A DNA stretch of 64,000 nucleotides from the sequence record PZ386965.1. The stretch is one strand, 5' to 3'. Made by a program: the position numbers and the translations under genes. The notes under the pieces are model-generated. The model was not told where the DNA came from and did not search any database. It saw only the letters and a list, made by a program, of their open reading frames with translations. Shown here piece by piece: positions 18,433 through 27,038 of the stretch. Each line of letters begins with the position of its first letter. Position 1 is the stretch's first letter. Source of the stretch: a phage.

Positions 18433-19413
18433 TTATTTCAGTAAAGTAACTTCCGAGATTTCTTCCCAACCATCTTTATCAGTTGAAATAAAATCTGCTA
18501 CATAAAGAGCCGTACGTAATGATACATTGCGAAGACGAGATACGTTAGCCTTCATCCAGGACAATGCTTTATACGTTTCTGCATCCGTCAGACCACGTTT
18601 CTGCATCATGTCAGTAGATAATATTACATCTTCAACTCGAACCATAATCTCTTCATTAGAGTGTACTCCAAGGTCGAGATACACTGAACGAGATACTAAA
18701 GCTTGAAGGTGTGGAGCAAGTTTCGAACCCCGTTCTAACTCTTTATCGATATCAACGTTTGTAATGAAAACGATAGTACCTTCAAACTCAAATTCTTTAT
18801 CAATACCCTTATCCTCGAGATAAGATGACGCAGTGCTCCAACAAACTTTGCGTTTATCTCCGGTATCTAATGCGGCTTTAAGAAGGTTCAGGATGTCCAT
18901 ATCTGAGAATACGTCAACGTCATCGATTAAGAGAACGCTGTCTGCATCACGGTTGAGCCAAAGTTGTTCGTAAAGGCCAATACCAGAGATTTTACCATTA
19001 ATGCTTTTGTATTTGATGAAACCATTATCATTAGCATTACTAAGTGCTTTATCCAGAGAATACGTCTTACCAATACCAGCTGCACCTGAAATAATGAGTG
19101 AACGAATTTTGCCATCGATAATGCCATTCGTCATCATGTTCATTACTTTAAAGCGTTTGTTGATACGAGTTTTCATATCTTCAGTGCTTTCAACAACTGC
19201 AACTGGTGATGTCTCAACTCCTTCCATTACGATGTCTGATTTGAAGACCCATACTCCACGTTCAGAACCATCAATCATAACGAAAATTTTACCGTCACCT
19301 AAGTGAGAACATTCAGGATTAAGCTTTGCCGGGAACCAGGTCTTTGTGGCAACATAAGAACCAGAGATTTCGTTATTACGATAGATACCTTTTTTGATTT
19401 GAACGTTGAACAT
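18433..19413 (-). CDS. AAA+/P-loop ATPase
   Basis: Walker A GAAGIGKT, Walker B VLLIDDVD, sensor-like FITN; start trimmed to ATG with GGAGA SD. Confidence 0.55.
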   Translation of the reverse strand: MFNVQIKKGIYRNNEISGSYVATKTWFPAKLNPECSHLGDGKIFVMIDGSERGVWVFKSDIVMEGVETSPVAVVESTEDMKTRINKRFKVMNMMTNGIIDGKIRSLIISGAAGIGKTYSLDKALSNANDNGFIKYKSINGKISGIGLYEQLWLNRDADSVLLIDDVDVFSDMDILNLLKAALDTGDKRKVCWSTASSYLEDKGIDKEFEFEGTIVFITNVDIDKELERGSKLAPHLQALVSRSVYLDLGVHSNEEIMVRVEDVILSTDMMQKRGLTDAETYKALSWMKANVSRLRNVSLRTALYVADFISTDKDGWEEISEVTLLK

Positions 19414-19451
19414 TTTATTCTCCAATTTACTCATTTCGTTTCGATAGGTCT

Positions 19452-19479
19452 ATAGTATCATATCCTAAAAGCATGTACA
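19452..19479 (-). promoter_or_regulatory. sigma70-type early promoter
   Basis: Minus strand TGTACA-N16-TACTAT with TG extension; GATAGGTCTATAGTA core. Confidence 0.45.
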
Positions 19480-19531
19480 CTACTTTTTAAAAATATTTTA
19501 ACCCCCTAAAGGGACCCGAAGGTCCCCACAT

Positions 19532-19798
19532 TTACTTATCACACTTAGCAACATAATTAGGCATATCACAGAATACGGAGCGTGTAACTACTCGACCCTT
19601 TGACCATGCTTCAGTTGCTTGTCCGGCCGTGCTATTAATATAGCTTGATTTGATATTCTCAATACCCTGAGAATGTGATGCATTTACCGAACCGTTAGAA
19701 GGCGCAGAAGACTGGTTACCACCAGCTCCTGTACCTGTGGTAGCACCAACAGAGAATGCCATCATTACTGCGAATAAACCAATTACTAATTTTTTCAT
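19532..19798 (-). CDS. small secreted protein (signal peptide)
   Basis: 88 aa; MKKLVIGLFAVMMAFSVGA signal-like N-terminus; Ser/Gly/Asn-rich. Confidence 0.5.
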   Translation of the reverse strand: MKKLVIGLFAVMMAFSVGATTGTGAGGNQSSAPSNGSVNASHSQGIENIKSSYINSTAGQATEAWSKGRVVTRSVFCDMPNYVAKCDK

Positions 19799-19829
19799 AT
19801 TTACCTCAAGTTAATGGTTATTTATCTAC

Positions 19830-20819
19830 TTATTTATAGTAAGAATTATGATTTTCGAGATAGACTTGCTCAAGGAAATCATCCCAGAAACTCATATCTA
19901 CTTTTTGTTGCATACCATTCTTGGCAGCTTGTTCTGACGCATGTTCAACTTGGTCAACGATATCTTCTAGGAATTCTTGTACAGTTTTAAACGTATGTTT
20001 ACCAAGCTTAACATCGAGAATAAATGGAGCATCTTGAAGTGGGTAAACCAGGTCGCCGGTTTTGTAAATTTCCAATAATTGAAGTCCACCACGACATGCA
20101 TGACTCAATGCTTTCCAGTCAATACCTTCGTTAGCTTCTGCCTTACGAGCACGTTCACCATAGTTCTCTTCTAGTTTAACCAGGATGGCATTGAACTCTT
20201 TATTGGTTAACGTGTCTTGGAATTTACGGTCTAACAGATTATAGAATGTTTGCTTACCTGTTTTCTCGTTTTCGGTTTCAACCCACGAAGCAAATTCACC
20301 TACAGGCAGAACATTCTTCATATGTGATAAACGAATTACTGCACCATTATCAAAGTATTGTCCCCATTCATTAGAACGTTTAAGGGCTTGACGAAGAACA
20401 GCCAGTCGAGAACCCTTGACACCGTATTTAGAAGCTTGCTTACGGACATACCCTAAATAAGATTTCATGTTAGTGGTATAGAAACGAGACCTGTTATCTT
20501 GAATATACTTCCATACATCAGGCAAATCAGATTTAACTACTAGACTTGGTGGAGTGTGAAGCATATCTAATGCGACGGTTTCACCATCCGCAGCTAGTTT
20601 AAAGAAATATTTGAGACTATACAACTCATGGTCTACGTCGTCTTTTGTGTTCTTAGAAGATGTGTTATTCGTGTTCTTGCTCATGTGTTCTTTAACGTTA
20701 CCGGTCAAGATATCACGAGCATGAGGGACATAAATTTCTTTAAAATCGACGTCAGATTCAGGAGTAGACGTTCCATAAAGGTGGCTACCAAAGTAGCTTT
20801 TCATAATTGTTTTCATCAT
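19830..20819 (-). CDS. nucleotidyltransferase-fold protein (Pol-beta superfamily signature)
   Basis: 329 aa; FGSHLYGTSTPESDVDF matches [GS]-x10-D-x-D minimal NTase motif; start uncertain among several ATGs. Confidence 0.5.
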   Translation of the reverse strand: MMKTIMKSYFGSHLYGTSTPESDVDFKEIYVPHARDILTGNVKEHMSKNTNNTSSKNTKDDVDHELYSLKYFFKLAADGETVALDMLHTPPSLVVKSDLPDVWKYIQDNRSRFYTTNMKSYLGYVRKQASKYGVKGSRLAVLRQALKRSNEWGQYFDNGAVIRLSHMKNVLPVGEFASWVETENEKTGKQTFYNLLDRKFQDTLTNKEFNAILVKLEENYGERARKAEANEGIDWKALSHACRGGLQLLEIYKTGDLVYPLQDAPFILDVKLGKHTFKTVQEFLEDIVDQVEHASEQAAKNGMQQKVDMSFWDDFLEQVYLENHNSYYK

Positions 20820-21289
20820 TTAGCCTTATATTCAAGAGTAGGACAGACTTTTTCTTTACGAGCTTTAAGGTATTCACCTATTAATGATTTCTTACGTTCA
20901 ATAGGTTCAAGTCCATTTTTAATTCGTTCTTGGTTTTGCGCAATGAGCTCAATTTCTTTATAATATTTTCTGTCGTTATATTTGTCTAATAACCAAGATG
21001 GACCAATTACCGCCCCGACAGCAATAAGAACCATTACTGATATTGTTAAAATGCCTATACCAATTGAAGCAGGAACTAATGTCCATAAACTACTAAAGAC
21101 AAAGAATTTAGTTAAAATTTCTTGGCCAATGATTGCGGCACCTGCTAAAGTTGCAAATCCAACAATTGAAACAGCCAATACCGGAATAAACGTTTTCCAA
21201 AAATAAGCACATAATGTTTTCGGACGATTCCATGTACTATTGAACGTGGCATAAATTTTAAAGTGCCAAGAGTTTTCATTGATAATCAT
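20816..21289 (-). CDS. membrane protein (two TM segments)
   Basis: 157 aa; two long hydrophobic helices; start overlaps NTase stop. Confidence 0.45.
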   Translation of the reverse strand: MIINENSWHFKIYATFNSTWNRPKTLCAYFWKTFIPVLAVSIVGFATLAGAAIIGQEILTKFFVFSSLWTLVPASIGIGILTISVMVLIAVGAVIGPSWLLDKYNDRKYYKEIELIAQNQERIKNGLEPIERKKSLIGEYLKARKEKVCPTLEYKAK

Positions 21290-21298
21290 AATAATTCC

Positions 21299-21829
21299 TT
21301 ATTTCAAAGTCGGGATAATAGAATCGAGATAAGCTTTAAGAGCAACTGCTTCATCTTTGTCTAATGTAATGATATGTTGACGAAGGTCGTCAATTTGACG
21401 AATAACTACAACATCACCGTCTTCATAAGAAGGATTAACGCTCAGGACTGTTGTATAGTCAGGGTTGTCCTGATTTGTAATAAAAGCATTACGACATTTA
21501 GCCCATTGAAGTTTGGCCTTTTTGGCTGTTTCAGATTCCATGAATTCTTTCACTTTAGCGACGAATGTTTTCCAATTATTAATAGAAAAACATTCGTCTT
21601 CTGTTTCGATATTAACCCCACTATAAAGTCCGTGATAAAAACGAACTTGAAGGTCTTCATCAATGTTAATTACAGATGCATGGCCTGGTGGATTGAGTTT
21701 CAAAATCTTGTCCAGTTCCATAGGAAGAATAGTAACAGCATCATCTTCTTGCGTCAGAACGTAAGCATAACCGCGTTTTTCAATACATAAATCACCAAAC
21801 AATTCAGTTGTTTCAATTACAGTTTTCAT
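21299..21829 (-). CDS. hypothetical protein
   Basis: Trimmed to ATG (MKTVIETTE), 1 nt after upstream stop. Confidence 0.5.
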   Translation of the reverse strand: MKTVIETTELFGDLCIEKRGYAYVLTQEDDAVTILPMELDKILKLNPPGHASVINIDEDLQVRFYHGLYSGVNIETEDECFSINNWKTFVAKVKEFMESETAKKAKLQWAKCRNAFITNQDNPDYTTVLSVNPSYEDGDVVVIRQIDDLRQHIITLDKDEAVALKAYLDSIIPTLK

Positions 21830-21830
21830 A

Positions 21831-22010
21831 TTATTCACCAATTAAAGTTTCAACAAAATTCACCAAAGCATTCTGGCAAGCGTCAACCTGATTTTCATAA
21901 AAGTCTCCGTTATCATTTACCGCATGATAAGCTACATCATTCAAATCTGAATCGGCTTCACGTAAGTCATGGATAAGGTCCATCAATTTATTAGCTTGTT
22001 CACGGGTCAT
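21831..22010 (-). CDS. small acidic protein, 59 aa (below ORF-track cutoff)
   Basis: ATG start; MTREQANKLMDLIHDLREADSDLND...; stop 1 nt before next ATG. Confidence 0.3.
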   Translation of the reverse strand: MTREQANKLMDLIHDLREADSDLNDVAYHAVNDNGDFYENQVDACQNALVNFVETLIGE

Positions 22011-22145
22011 TTTACCATACTCGTTTCAATAAGATTCACTATGCCGTTTACCATGTTATAAGTAAACATCGGATAATTGTATTGTACTACAACATAAGCG
22101 ATAAGCAAAAGTTTCATTTTGTTCTCCGTTCGTTTTGATAGGACT

Positions 22146-22174
22146 ACTATAACATAGTCCTATCAAGTTGTAAA
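22146..22174 (-). promoter_or_regulatory. early promoter within 28-bp palindromic promoter-stem-loop element
   Basis: Minus strand TTTACA-N17-TATAGT; perfect 10-bp inverted repeat GATAGGACTA/TAGTCCTATC (22137-22164) spans the -10. Confidence 0.5.
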
Positions 22175-22384
22175 CTACCGATTGTGTTTTAAATGTTGAT
22201 AAAGTTCTTCAACTTGTTTAGGGTCCAAAACAATTAAGTCATTTTCTTGACGAAGATAAATCCATCCCTTATCCCCAGGGCCATTTTTACAAAACATCAC
22301 CGTCGTCATATCGTCATCTTCAGCGCTTTCAGGTAAAAGTTCAAGTACACCATCTTCAGATTTTCCAGTATAATCGTAAAGCAT
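22175..22384 (-). CDS. hypothetical acidic protein
   Basis: Trimmed to ATG (MLYDYTGK) with GAGGA SD. Confidence 0.4.
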   Translation of the reverse strand: MLYDYTGKSEDGVLELLPESAEDDDMTTVMFCKNGPGDKGWIYLRQENDLIVLDPKQVEELYQHLKHNR

Positions 22385-22391
22385 AATATCC

Positions 22392-22571
22392 TCACATAAT
22401 CTCGTTAACATACATTTGCAATTCGGTGTGCGTATCAGCCATCTTTTTCATAGCTCTGTTAATGTCGATGTCTCCATCTTCGCAACCATGAGCATTTTCC
22501 CAATCAGATACCGCATTAGCGTACTCTTCAATCAAAAACATTAACTTAGAAATTTTTTCTTTACGTGACAT
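22392..22571 (-). CDS. hypothetical protein
   Basis: Trimmed to ATG (MSRKEKISK) with AGGAG SD. Confidence 0.4.
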   Translation of the reverse strand: MSRKEKISKLMFLIEEYANAVSDWENAHGCEDGDIDINRAMKKMADTHTELQMYVNEIM

Positions 22572-22598
22572 AACGTTCTCCTCTAGTAAGTAAGGTCT

Positions 22599-22627
22599 AC
22601 TATAACACAACCTGAGGAAAAGTAAAC
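22599..22627 (-). promoter_or_regulatory. sigma70-type early promoter
   Basis: Minus strand GTTTAC/-10 TATAGT with 16-17 nt spacer, immediately downstream of terminator. Confidence 0.45.
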
Positions 22628-22638
22628 TGCTAAATGCC

Positions 22639-22666
22639 AAAAAGCCCCAACCTTTCGGAAGGGGCT
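22639..22666 (-). terminator. intrinsic terminator after rI
   Basis: GC-rich hairpin AGCCCC...GGGGCT followed by T5 on minus strand; same hairpin sequence recurs at 38916-38944. Confidence 0.6.
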
Positions 22667-22672
22667 ATTAAA

Positions 22673-22975
22673 TTAGATAGATGTAGGCTCTAATTTTATT
22701 TTCATGAACTCAGCAAATTGTCTGGCGGTTTTTATGCCTTGTTCATGACATTCAAATGCATCATCACAGGGACTATTTTTGTAATGCTTTGCCATATACT
22801 TATAGAATTTTTCAGAATTCTCGACATTTTGAATTTCAAACAAAGTATATACGTTTTTAATCCCTGATTCCATAAAGTTATCAAAATATGGGTCGATATG
22901 TGCAGTACCAACGATAGGAGTTGTTGCTGCAAAAAACCCCAGCATCGCTATGACAGCTATCGCTCTTAAGGCCAT
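22673..22975 (-). CDS. rI: lysis inhibition regulator rI (periplasmic)
   Basis: 100 aa; signal-anchor N-terminus; DPYFDNFMESGIK... matches recalled T4 RI; AGGAGG SD. Confidence 0.85.
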   Translation of the reverse strand: MALRAIAVIAMLGFFAATTPIVGTAHIDPYFDNFMESGIKNVYTLFEIQNVENSEKFYKYMAKHYKNSPCDDAFECHEQGIKTARQFAEFMKIKLEPTSI

Positions 22976-22987
22976 ATAGGCCTCCTG

Positions 22988-23200
22988 TTAATTTTGGCCA
23001 GTATTTATTTTTCGCCTTTGGACGGCCTTAACATCTGTGAGGTATTTTTCCAGCTTGCGCTTGCGTGTATAATCAGCTTTAGAACCAGTTTGACGGATAT
23101 CCTCATTTAAATGAGAAATAGAATGTCCTAATTCTCTTCGGATTTCATCCAATTGGGTTACAGTAAGATTACGAAGTTGTCTTTCGTTTAATTGCTGCAT
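22988..23200 (-). CDS. hypothetical protein (rI.1 position)
   Basis: 70-aa basic helical ORF between rI and tk. Confidence 0.5.
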   Translation of the reverse strand: MQQLNERQLRNLTVTQLDEIRRELGHSISHLNEDIRQTGSKADYTRKRKLEKYLTDVKAVQRRKINTGQN

Positions 23201-23227
23201 ATATACCTCTTGGTTAGATATTAGTAT

Positions 23228-23809
23228 TTATAACAACCCTGTCAAATCATTCCAATGCTTCCGGCATAATGACACGTATCTATCAGTATCACCAATTTCA
23301 ATTTGACTGCCATCTGTAATTGGAAGTCCGTCTTCCGTGACTCTAGCTACCATTGTGGCCTTTTTACCACAATGACAGACACCTTTAAGTTCAACAAGCT
23401 TATCGGCAATAGCCATTAATGCTTGAGAACCTTCAAATAGATTACCTTTAAAATCTGTTCGTAGTCCATATGCCATTACTGGCACATTGTATACGTCAAC
23501 AATACGACTAAGTTGATACACCTTTTCAGTAGTTAAGAACTGAGCTTCGTCAACAAATACACAATGAATATCCTTTTGTGCTGCAGCCCATTTATAGAAT
23601 TCAAAGATGTCCATGTCTTTTGTAATTATATTGGCATCCTGACGAATACCAATACGAGAGACTATTTCACCTTTTGAATCACGAGTATCAATAGCCGGTT
23701 TAAGAACTAATACACCCATGCCACGTTCTTTATAGTTATGTGCAGCAGTAAGTAATGAAGCAGACTTACCGGCATTCATAGCGGCATATGTAAAAATTAA
23801 ACTAGCCAT
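23228..23809 (-). CDS. tk: thymidine kinase
   Basis: 193 aa; P-loop YAAMNAGKS; zinc ribbon CHCGKKA...C; matches recalled T4 Tk. Confidence 0.95.
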   Translation of the reverse strand: MASLIFTYAAMNAGKSASLLTAAHNYKERGMGVLVLKPAIDTRDSKGEIVSRIGIRQDANIITKDMDIFEFYKWAAAQKDIHCVFVDEAQFLTTEKVYQLSRIVDVYNVPVMAYGLRTDFKGNLFEGSQALMAIADKLVELKGVCHCGKKATMVARVTEDGLPITDGSQIEIGDTDRYVSLCRKHWNDLTGLL

Positions 23810-23818
23810 AAGAGTCCC

Positions 23819-24001
23819 TTATAGTGAATTCACGTAGTCAATGAGTTCTTGTTCTTTCCTGTCAAATGATTCCATCAATGCGTGATATTCTTCGTCCGTC
23901 AAAGGAGCATATTCATCGTACGCATTGGTGGCTGCTTGTTCATCCAATAGGTCATGGATAAGTTCGAACAGTTTAGCTTTCTCTTCTTTAGTTAATTTCA
24001 T
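23819..24001 (-). CDS. hypothetical acidic protein
   Basis: 60-aa ORF. Confidence 0.4.
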   Translation of the reverse strand: MKLTKEEKAKLFELIHDLLDEQAATNAYDEYAPLTDEEYHALMESFDRKEQELIDYVNSL

Positions 24002-24210
24002 TTAGGTTCACCTTCTTTAACGAAATCTGGGTAAGGGTAAAATCCTGAGTAAAATCCTTCACCTTTATGATTGCTACAACCTTTGTTCGAACAGTAACAC
24101 CAATAATCAAAATCACAAGCCATTTCGTCATTGCATAAAGCAAAAACTACAGGCCATTCGCATTTTTCGCATTTAGCACCTGTAAGAATTTTTGTTTGGC
24201 TCATAACCAT
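23998..24210 (-). CDS. cysteine-rich small protein
   Basis: 70 aa with about 10 Cys (CEKCEW...CNDEMACDFDYWCYCSNKGC). Confidence 0.4.
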   Translation of the reverse strand: MVMSQTKILTGAKCEKCEWPVVFALCNDEMACDFDYWCYCSNKGCSNHKGEGFYSGFYPYPDFVKEGEPK

Positions 24211-24428
24211 GTCACCTTTAAGCAGTATTCTTCTACATGCTGTTTACGACCTTTCTTATCAATAAAGGTATATTCAACGAATGTTCCAATGTAGTCTTTA
24301 TCTACGTCATGTGGACTATTAATTGGACATTTAGTACGACAAATGCGTTCCCATTGACGAATAATTACTGCTTTATTTTTAGGATCAAACGGATGTGGGT
24401 AATGCACATTCATAATAATGGTTCCCAA
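24201..24428 (-). CDS. hypothetical protein
   Basis: 75-aa ORF. Confidence 0.4.
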   Translation of the reverse strand: MGTIIMNVHYPHPFDPKNKAVIIRQWERICRTKCPINSPHDVDKDYIGTFVEYTFIDKKGRKQHVEEYCLKVTWL

Positions 24429-24877
24429 TCAACAATCACAATTTCTAGTTTAGTGGAATATGTATCAAGAATTTCTTCAATGATATCCCAGTTTCCACCA
24501 CCTATACCTGCACCAATTCTTGGCATATAAATTACAGGCTTTGTTATCTTATTTTTTCCGAATTCATTTAATTCTATTATACAATTCATTAAAGCATAGT
24601 ACTCAAAATTAGGTCCCGGCTCAAACTGTGTATAAAGATTAAAGCAATAAGCTTTATGGGTCTTAAAATATTTTTCATAAACCGAATAAGTCCCGAGTTT
24701 AGACTCATCTCCGAATTCGGTTTGAAGTTTATCGGCTTCTAAAATTTTTGGATAAGCCTTTGCCAATTGACCTGCTACACCGGCGCCCATTGTATGAAAA
24801 CAATTGCACCCATGAGCAATATTATTACCTTTAGAAAACAGGGCGATATTGTCGCCCTTGATATAGTTTTTAATCAC
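24410..24877 (-). CDS. macrodomain-like protein (putative ADP-ribose binding/hydrolase)
   Basis: 155 aa; N-terminal GxNxxHGCNC..MGAGVAG and C-terminal RIGAGIGGGNW glycine-rich motifs resemble macrodomain diphosphate-binding loops. Confidence 0.5.
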   Translation of the reverse strand: MIKNYIKGDNIALFSKGNNIAHGCNCFHTMGAGVAGQLAKAYPKILEADKLQTEFGDESKLGTYSVYEKYFKTHKAYCFNLYTQFEPGPNFEYYALMNCIIELNEFGKNKITKPVIYMPRIGAGIGGGNWDIIEEILDTYSTKLEIVIVDWEPLL

Positions 24878-25217
24878 TTGCTACAAGTCCTCTAGTATAA
24901 GAGTCAACTAGACGGTCCACCATAGAATTGCATGCTGCCTTATCTTTAGGTTCCGCCACCGAGCATTCTAATATTTGCCATTTTTTATAGTATCTTTTAA
25001 TTAAAGTAGACGCCTTGAACCTACTAGACGCCCCATCTTTTTCTCCGTCTTTATATGCATATAACAATTTTTGTGAAAAATCTACTTTACACTCTTGACT
25101 TTTACCACAATAATCAGACGCCGTTCTGTTTGTATACTCCGTTACATCAGTATATGTAGTATTAGCAAGAGCGTTAAATGAAACCAAGCCAACTATTAAA
25201 GCCAACATTTTGGTCAT
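24870..25217 (-). CDS. secreted protein (signal peptide)
   Basis: 115 aa; MTKMLALIVGLVSFNALA signal peptide; several Cys. Confidence 0.5.
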   Translation of the reverse strand: MTKMLALIVGLVSFNALANTTYTDVTEYTNRTASDYCGKSQECKVDFSQKLLYAYKDGEKDGASSRFKASTLIKRYYKKWQILECSVAEPKDKAACNSMVDRLVDSYTRGLVASD

Positions 25218-25756
25218 TCTTTTATTTCCAGTAGTTTATTTGATTTAAGGTAATTAGCCTTTTCTAGGACTTCAGAAGCATATTTACTTCCAGCACTTGT
25301 CTTCCATCCCGCATTATATGAGGATATAGCTTTTCTTATATCCCCGTTATGTATATTTAACCAATAAGAAAATTCGATATAAGCCCATCTGGTTGAATTA
25401 GACCGCTTAGATAGCATTTTCTTAATTTGGGCATCAGACATATTATAACCAAGCTGGTTAATTCTTGCCCTCATTGTTGGTAGATAATTTTGGAACATTC
25501 CATACGCATGGTGACCTTTCTTATCTTTAAGATTAATACCGGCAGATGATTCCTGCCATAGTATTGCGGCCATTATGTATCCAAGTCCTTTCTTATGCAT
25601 ATTTTCATGCGTTTTAAATTTTCCATCCTTAGAAAACTGTTCCCCAAACTGATAAGCATAATTCAAGTTATCGAGTTGGACATTACTAAAAGTATGCTCG
25701 GAGCTATGTGCTGATAATGAAAGAGCAAATAGACCAGCGAGTAGTGCTTTTCTCAT
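25214..25756 (-). CDS. secreted lytic transglycosylase-like protein (SLT domain)
   Basis: 180 aa; signal peptide; AILWQESS catalytic Glu-Ser and SSYNAGW motifs typical of SLT family. Confidence 0.65.
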   Translation of the reverse strand: MRKALLAGLFALSLSAHSSEHTFSNVQLDNLNYAYQFGEQFSKDGKFKTHENMHKKGLGYIMAAILWQESSAGINLKDKKGHHAYGMFQNYLPTMRARINQLGYNMSDAQIKKMLSKRSNSTRWAYIEFSYWLNIHNGDIRKAISSYNAGWKTSAGSKYASEVLEKANYLKSNKLLEIKE

Positions 25757-25764
25757 GTTTACCT

Positions 25765-26223
25765 CTAGATTTTAATCACTGCTTTAGAAGCTTTTCCTGG
25801 TAGTCGTTTATTGTTAATAATAGCCATTCTGCATTGAAGAGTCTTCATTTTGAATGCTGGATTTTCGCGACAAACTGTAAGTCCTAACCAAAGATTTCCA
25901 TCAGTTATTTCTAAACGGCCTGGGCGATATTCGACACCTTCGACAAAATCTTCATCAACATCTGGACGTGCCGGCATTGATAAAAATTCTGCAACTTCTT
26001 TAACATGATTTTTTACTTTACGAAATAATTCAAAAACGTAATTCTCATCTATTTCTCTCTGGATGGCACGATCTAAGAGATGTTGAGAATACTTGATATG
26101 AAAGCCCGGTAGTCCAAGAGACTTTGCAGCATCTTTTATACTGGCATTTATTTTGCGGAACTCCGTTTCAAAGATTCGACGGAGTTTATTGCGGCGGATA
26201 AAAACGTCTGAATTGATAGTCAT
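25765..26223 (-). CDS. regB: endoribonuclease RegB
   Basis: 152 aa; MTINSDVFIRRNKLRR...YSQHLLDRAIQREIDE matches recalled T4 RegB; GGAGA SD. Confidence 0.9.
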   Translation of the reverse strand: MTINSDVFIRRNKLRRIFETEFRKINASIKDAAKSLGLPGFHIKYSQHLLDRAIQREIDENYVFELFRKVKNHVKEVAEFLSMPARPDVDEDFVEGVEYRPGRLEITDGNLWLGLTVCRENPAFKMKTLQCRMAIINNKRLPGKASKAVIKI

Positions 26224-26251
26224 TTTGATTTCTCCTCTAGTTGACAGGTCT

Positions 26252-26280
26252 ATAGTAACACAACTAGAGGAGAAGTAAAC
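26252..26280 (-). promoter_or_regulatory. sigma70-type early promoter with 12-bp inverted repeat
   Basis: Minus strand GTTTAC-N16-TACTAT; CTCCTCTAGTTG/CAACTAGAGGAG inverted repeat flanks the -10. Confidence 0.5.
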
Positions 26281-26579
26281 TACTCTTTGAAAGGAATTAA
26301 CTTTTTAACTGCTTTAGATACTTCGTCACGAACCTGGTGGAAGTTCTTGAGCTGTTCAAGGCGTTGTTCGTAATACGCAATCTCATCTTCTTCAAGACAA
26401 TCGTCAGCGTCTTCTTTCAGATATGCCTTGTACTCATTAAAGAGGGCCCATAGGCGATTCTCAAAGTCATCAAGGCTTTGAATTTTCTTGTGCTTCGGAA
26501 CAAGGCCAAAAGGATTGCTTTCAGTTATGCGTCGAGATGCTTCATAATGAGTTCCAAAGCCTGATAGGATTTGAGCCAT
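26280..26579 (-). CDS. hypothetical protein (vs.3-like position)
   Basis: Trimmed to ATG (MAQILSGF); 99 aa. Confidence 0.45.
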   Translation of the reverse strand: MAQILSGFGTHYEASRRITESNPFGLVPKHKKIQSLDDFENRLWALFNEYKAYLKEDADDCLEEDEIAYYEQRLEQLKNFHQVRDEVSKAVKKLIPFKE

Positions 26580-26824
26580 TAGTATTTTTCCTCTGGTTGA
26601 AATACCGCACGACAAGCCCACATACTAGCTTCCTTTAGGCGTTCTTTAGCACAGTTCAATTGGGACAAAGCCGTCAGAGCTTCAGGAGTATTTGCTGATA
26701 ATGCTTCTTCTGCCAGGGCGTCTAGAATAAGTCCTAAACGAACTTCGGCATCTTTAATAGCGTTCACTTTACCGATTTTATCATCGGTATGCGGCTTGTA
26801 GCCTTTGATGTCTTCAATCGACAT
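26579..26824 (-). CDS. hypothetical helical protein (vs.4-like position)
   Basis: Trimmed to ATG ([12 protein letters not shown]) with GAGGAA SD; 81 aa. Confidence 0.45.
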   Translation of the reverse strand: MSIEDIKGYKPHTDDKIGKVNAIKDAEVRLGLILDALAEEALSANTPEALTALSQLNCAKERLKEASMWACRAVFQPEEKY

Positions 26825-27038
26825 AAGGAATTTCCTCATCTGTGGCAAGGTCATATTCGACCAATTGGATAGGCTCATTAATACCATATCCACGTACAGT
26901 GATATCAGTTGTCGGATAGTTTCCAGTAATATCACCCATTCTAAATGCTTCAATGAATGATTGCTCGCCTGAGCAACTAAACCAGGCGGCAAAACATTTT
27001 AAAACATCTTCAGACCCTTCTATAATCAATTTAGTCAT
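26814..27038 (-). CDS. hypothetical acidic protein
   Basis: 74-aa ORF; start overlaps upstream stop. Confidence 0.45.
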   Translation of the reverse strand: MTKLIIEGSEDVLKCFAAWFSCSGEQSFIEAFRMGDITGNYPTTDITVRGYGINEPIQLVEYDLATDEEIPYVD

